In this document: one piece after another, positions 58,458 to 62,248 of the stretch | Layout: each line of letters starts with the position of its first letter | Position numbering within the stretch: the stretch's first letter is position 1 | Source: a virus | Lineage: Duplodnaviria; Caudoviricetes | Direction: 5' to 3' (one strand) | IMG/VR virus record: IMGVR_UViG_3300028490_000008 | Location: 1 to 62,248 of that record | DNA: 62,248 nt | Translations under genes and position numbers: made by a program | The notes under the pieces: generated by a model | What the model was told of the DNA's origin: nothing | The model's database searches: none | What the model saw: the letters and a program-made list of their open reading frames with translations, nothing else

Positions 58458-61400
58458 AAGCTAATCACACAGAGCAACTAGAAGCGGATGGCTTATGGAA
58501 AATAAAGCAGGATGCATTCTTTAGGATATCCGATCAAGTTGGAAACCTACATACGGACGAGCAGATACCTCCTATGATGAAAAATATATCTCTGTATCTT
58601 GAGCAGACACCAGGCAACTCATTTGTTCCTACAAAGTTTGAAGGGATTTATCGTGCGACTAGCTACAATATGGCTATCCGTGAGTATGTTAAGTTTGACA
58701 ACAATAACTGGGTTGTGTATATAAACATGTTCAATATGCCAACAGTGAAGGATGGAGCTGTAACAGATCTGAATATAGAAAATCCTTTTGCCTCTATTGA
58801 TAAGTTTACCGTGGGGTGTGTTGATGGGCAAATAATGATTGCTCCGAGCAAAGCAGAGAGAGTTATCTCCCTTGCTGACAACTTCGAGACGAAAAAGCTA
58901 CGTATAGACTTGCATGAACTCCGTGATTTTATGGGTACATTAGACCTTAGAAATGGGTACATAACAGATCAGTTTAAAGATGATGTGTATTTGATTGATG
59001 CCCCCTCTCCATTATTCGGTAAGGATACAGTTATGTATCGTGACTCCGATTATGTTGGAATGTGGATCTCTTTCGGCACACTTCTGAAGTTCGACCTTAG
59101 AAACTTGAATGTGTTTAATGTTGATGGAGTAAAGGTCGGAGCAATAGACTTGTCTGTCTCTACTAAAGAGATAAATACTCTCAAGCTACTAAGTAACTCG
59201 GCGTTTGGGTATGCCTCTATCTTGTTTGACAAGACTGCATTACTAGACCAGGTAATGAAATACTCAAAGAGATTTGTGTATGAGACGAACATGCAAGATG
59301 AGACCAGGATTTGTGTGGACAACCTATTTGAGACACTACAAGAGAAGGGTATCTTTGGTTTACTGTATGACGACTTTGAAGTGGTTGAAGAGTATCCTAT
59401 TATGGCATACGACGAGACTCGTGTGGAAGTTGTAAAGAAGCTTGGAACTGTTCTTAAATTTAAGTACAAAAACGAGTACATTTATATGCTTCTTGACATA
59501 CCTAACAACAAGATGTACTTTGCTTCATATGCAGGGCGTATCTCAGATTATGTCAACGAGAAGTATGACTACAATGTTAAGGTAATGAACGATATGTGGC
59601 TGACTAAGGCAAACGACATAAACCAAGAAGGGTTTATCTTGTTTACCGGGTTCCCTAACTTGCAGCACAATAAGGTAATCGACATCTATTTTGACAATAC
59701 AGCAGAGTCTTTTAGTAGTCTCGATAAGAACTTTACGATAGATGTTTCTGAGTTTGATGGGTTTTATCGTGACTCAGCAATGCATCCTACAGAGTATAGT
59801 TACGACAGAAACACGGACTTGCTCCACTCTTATGGAAACAATCCTTTTCCTTTGGTTACAGGGCTTGTGTCTTATGAATTCTGGAAGAGGGAAGAGAAGA
59901 TTGACTATTTCAAGTTGGACACTCATGCAGAGCCTATGATTTCAACCATGATAGACCCAGAGAAGAAAACGGCATACCTAATGGTTCCATCCATTAAGAC
60001 AAATGGTCTGCAAACAAAGAGCGTGTCTCCTGTGCGAGTAAACTCTTTCCTTACCAACTATATGGCTAGATGGTTTGACGATCCCTTTAGTGTGAATGAA
60101 TGGGTAGCAGAAGCAGAAGCAGGCTCCTATGCATATGCTGTAATGATGGCGTACTACAGTAACGGGTGGACAATTATTAAAACGAGTGAAGACACATATG
60201 AGACAGTTAAGTTGAACCCAACCAGACTGCAATACAGATACAACGGAGCCATTGAACATCTATGCATGAGCAAGATAGAAGGTCTTATTACTATGGCTAA
60301 TGGTATGATGGGCAACAATGTGTCTGTCTCTGAAACAAAAGCTGAAGTACGTGACAGAATTATGGAGATTTCATCGGAATTGAATTCACAGATATCTGCA
60401 CAGGTACAAGCTATCAATGTAACATTCACTCAAGAGATTATGGCAAAAAACAATCAGATTGTATCAGTTGTGGATGCAGACACTCCAAGATTTGAATTTA
60501 ATAGATTTTTAGACTCAGACAATATATATGTGAACAACGAACCTACCGGTCCAGTATTGAACCATGCACTTCTTTTTGAGGATACATTTCACAGTATGCA
60601 GCAGAAAATGAAAGCTGAGTATTTTGACAATATGGGTGCGGATCTCGCTCCTGCAGAAGTCTACTGTCCATATATCAGAGGCATGGAAATATTCAGAGAT
60701 GAAGGCAAGGTACACATGAAGGTGTCCGGAGACATATCTAACTCTATTGAGATATTAAGCAATGATACTATAGGTATCAATATCCTTGGAGATGTAATCT
60801 CTAGTGATGCTACTATCTCTGTAGCCGGCTCCGTGTTTGAAATAGAAGAGGCATACGAAAAAGCTATACAGCTCTCATATTTTGGAGTAAGAGAAGTCCA
60901 AGGTGAAGAGTTAAATATCTTCAAGCTTACTACCGTTACCCGTATGACTGACGCAGTAAGAGATGCTTACGCTGCTGAGTTTAAGTCTTATTCTTCAAAG
61001 GCAGGGGCAGAGAGTGGTCTTGACTATGATGGTGCTCGTGAAAGGGTTCTTGAAGAGCAAAATGTATCTTCAGGAACATCAGCCCTTGAGTCACCTGAGA
61101 TGCCTTCAGGTCAGCCATTGTATATTGCAAATAGAGAGAATAAACTCATGGTTTCTCTTGACGGTGTTGCTTTTATGGATGCTCCTCTTGGGTCAAATGG
61201 TGTTGAGTTGTCTGGACGAATAACGATAAGTGATCGTGTTAGGTTCTTGAGTATGTTAAGGAACACAGTTAATGCTGATGTAAACCACGTAGTATTTCCA
61301 CTAGCCTACACTGGGATACATTCAACAGATGATATCTATACTGTTGGAATAAGAGATATATGGATAGATCATTCAGATGTACTAGAAGTTGGGTACGTAA

Positions 61401-61771
61401 ATGTTATAGCCAAAATGTATGTAGATAACGGACAAATCGTACTTGCCGATGATGAAGATATCATATACAGTGCAGGAGATGAGTTTATTGTAGAAAAAAG
61501 AGTAGATATTGACGGGTTCATTTCAGAGGACAGTGATAGAATTAAGGTTCTTGTAAACATGTCCGTGGAATACTTCACTCAAATACCTGCAACAGCACAA
61601 CCGGTACAAACGGCTCAGGAGCTTATGCTGAAGGATAACACCTATCGTGTTACTCTTGGGTTGCCTATGTCTGTTTCTGTTGTTAGAGGTGGCTTTGTGT
61701 ATGTAGACAGAGACGAAGGTCGAGAGCATGGACTTTCTGGTTGGTTTAATTTTTCAAAAGTAGGAGTTTAA
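58448..61771 (+). CDS. Very large hypothetical protein (putative tail/baseplate)
   Basis: 1107-aa ORF; short coiled-coil stretch; no motif recognised. Confidence 0.7.
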   Translation: MDVKANHTEQLEADGLWKIKQDAFFRISDQVGNLHTDEQIPPMMKNISLYLEQTPGNSFVPTKFEGIYRATSYNMAIREYVKFDNNNWVVYINMFNMPTVKDGAVTDLNIENPFASIDKFTVGCVDGQIMIAPSKAERVISLADNFETKKLRIDLHELRDFMGTLDLRNGYITDQFKDDVYLIDAPSPLFGKDTVMYRDSDYVGMWISFGTLLKFDLRNLNVFNVDGVKVGAIDLSVSTKEINTLKLLSNSAFGYASILFDKTALLDQVMKYSKRFVYETNMQDETRICVDNLFETLQEKGIFGLLYDDFEVVEEYPIMAYDETRVEVVKKLGTVLKFKYKNEYIYMLLDIPNNKMYFASYAGRISDYVNEKYDYNVKVMNDMWLTKANDINQEGFILFTGFPNLQHNKVIDIYFDNTAESFSSLDKNFTIDVSEFDGFYRDSAMHPTEYSYDRNTDLLHSYGNNPFPLVTGLVSYEFWKREEKIDYFKLDTHAEPMISTMIDPEKKTAYLMVPSIKTNGLQTKSVSPVRVNSFLTNYMARWFDDPFSVNEWVAEAEAGSYAYAVMMAYYSNGWTIIKTSEDTYETVKLNPTRLQYRYNGAIEHLCMSKIEGLITMANGMMGNNVSVSETKAEVRDRIMEISSELNSQISAQVQAINVTFTQEIMAKNNQIVSVVDADTPRFEFNRFLDSDNIYVNNEPTGPVLNHALLFEDTFHSMQQKMKAEYFDNMGADLAPAEVYCPYIRGMEIFRDEGKVHMKVSGDISNSIEILSNDTIGINILGDVISSDATISVAGSVFEIEEAYEKAIQLSYFGVREVQGEELNIFKLTTVTRMTDAVRDAYAAEFKSYSSKAGAESGLDYDGARERVLEEQNVSSGTSALESPEMPSGQPLYIANRENKLMVSLDGVAFMDAPLGSNGVELSGRITISDRVRFLSMLRNTVNADVNHVVFPLAYTGIHSTDDIYTVGIRDIWIDHSDVLEVGYVNVIAKMYVDNGQIVLADDEDIIYSAGDEFIVEKRVDIDGFISEDSDRIKVLVNMSVEYFTQIPATAQPVQTAQELMLKDNTYRVTLGLPMSVSVVRGGFVYVDRDEGREHGLSGWFNFSKVGV

Positions 61772-62248
61772 ATGTATGACGAGACAAATGGGTTTAGAGC
61801 AGAATTAATAGACTGCTCTTCCGCAACAGAAACACTAGAAGGTCTAGGTGAAGTGACTGCCATAGTTAAGACCGGTGCTGATGCAGAGATAAATATATTT
61901 CATGCAGATACTCAAGGGAGTCTTGAAGATATTTTTTCTTCTCATGGAGATTACTTTATGATAGGATATTACGGTAGTTTTCCAGACATTTCCTATGGAT
62001 ATCATCTTGATGGCGAAGCAGTGGACGACATACTGTCCATTAGAAAAAGAGGTGATCTTTTTGCCGACTTCAAGTTCAACCCTAATGACGACTTGATTAC
62101 AGGTACAATATCAAACCCGATAGTCCTCGGTATTGTGACCGGAGAAAATCCAATTAAAACTTTTGAGGGAGCTACAGTAGAGAGATTAACAGTTGCTGTT
62201 ATTCAGCTACTAGAAGGCGAGAATGAGAGAGGGGATAAAGTATTCGAT
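61772..62248 (+). CDS. Hypothetical protein, 3'-partial
   Basis: ATG right after TAA with AGGAG RBS; open to the window end (MYDETNGFRAEL...). Confidence 0.7.
   Translation, partial: MYDETNGFRAELIDCSSATETLEGLGEVTAIVKTGADAEINIFHADTQGSLEDIFSSHGDYFMIGYYGSFPDISYGYHLDGEAVDDILSIRKRGDLFADFKFNPNDDLITGTISNPIVLGIVTGENPIKTFEGATVERLTVAVIQLLEGENERGDKVFD

Noticed and set aside
1-62248. Stop-codon reassignment (many genes end in TAG just before the next ATG)
   Set aside because: Code 11 already gives dense coding with intact long ORFs, and the downstream genes start in a different frame (TAG-N-ATG), which fits translational coupling

Overview
This window looks like a fragment of a large lytic phage genome, densely coded in standard code 11 with tight translational coupling. 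The SSB and thioredoxin sequences and the TGnTAnaaT promoters point to a Campylobacterota host (inference). Layout: (1) 1-8.6 kb, small accessory/replication genes (ssb, trxA, a P22 gp17-like protein); (2) 8.7-15.9 kb, mixed-strand block with a GroES-like gene, a half-HsdS-like gene, two candidate multi-hairpin sRNAs, a repeat-rich non-coding stretch and a PD-(D/E)XK nuclease; (3) 16-23.4 kb, putative head module of Lys/Gly/Ala-rich proteins sharing a K-x-A motif, ending in a portal-like gene; (4) 23.4-40 kb, lectin/fibre-like genes mixed with a VRR-NUC nuclease, a receiver plus histidine kinase pair, a QueC-like enzyme and a GT2; (5) 40.1-44.4 kb, a 1411-aa single-chain RNA polymerase fusing a compact beta to the N-terminal catalytic part of beta-prime (NADYDGD); (6) 44.7-62.2 kb, large genes with no recognisable motifs, probably tail/baseplate. 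Best candidates for new biology: the fused minimal RNAP, the K-x-A-punctuated cationic glycine-zipper proteins, the phage two-component system and the pair of anti-Shine-Dalgarno sRNAs. All family calls come from motif recognition by eye; no searches were run.
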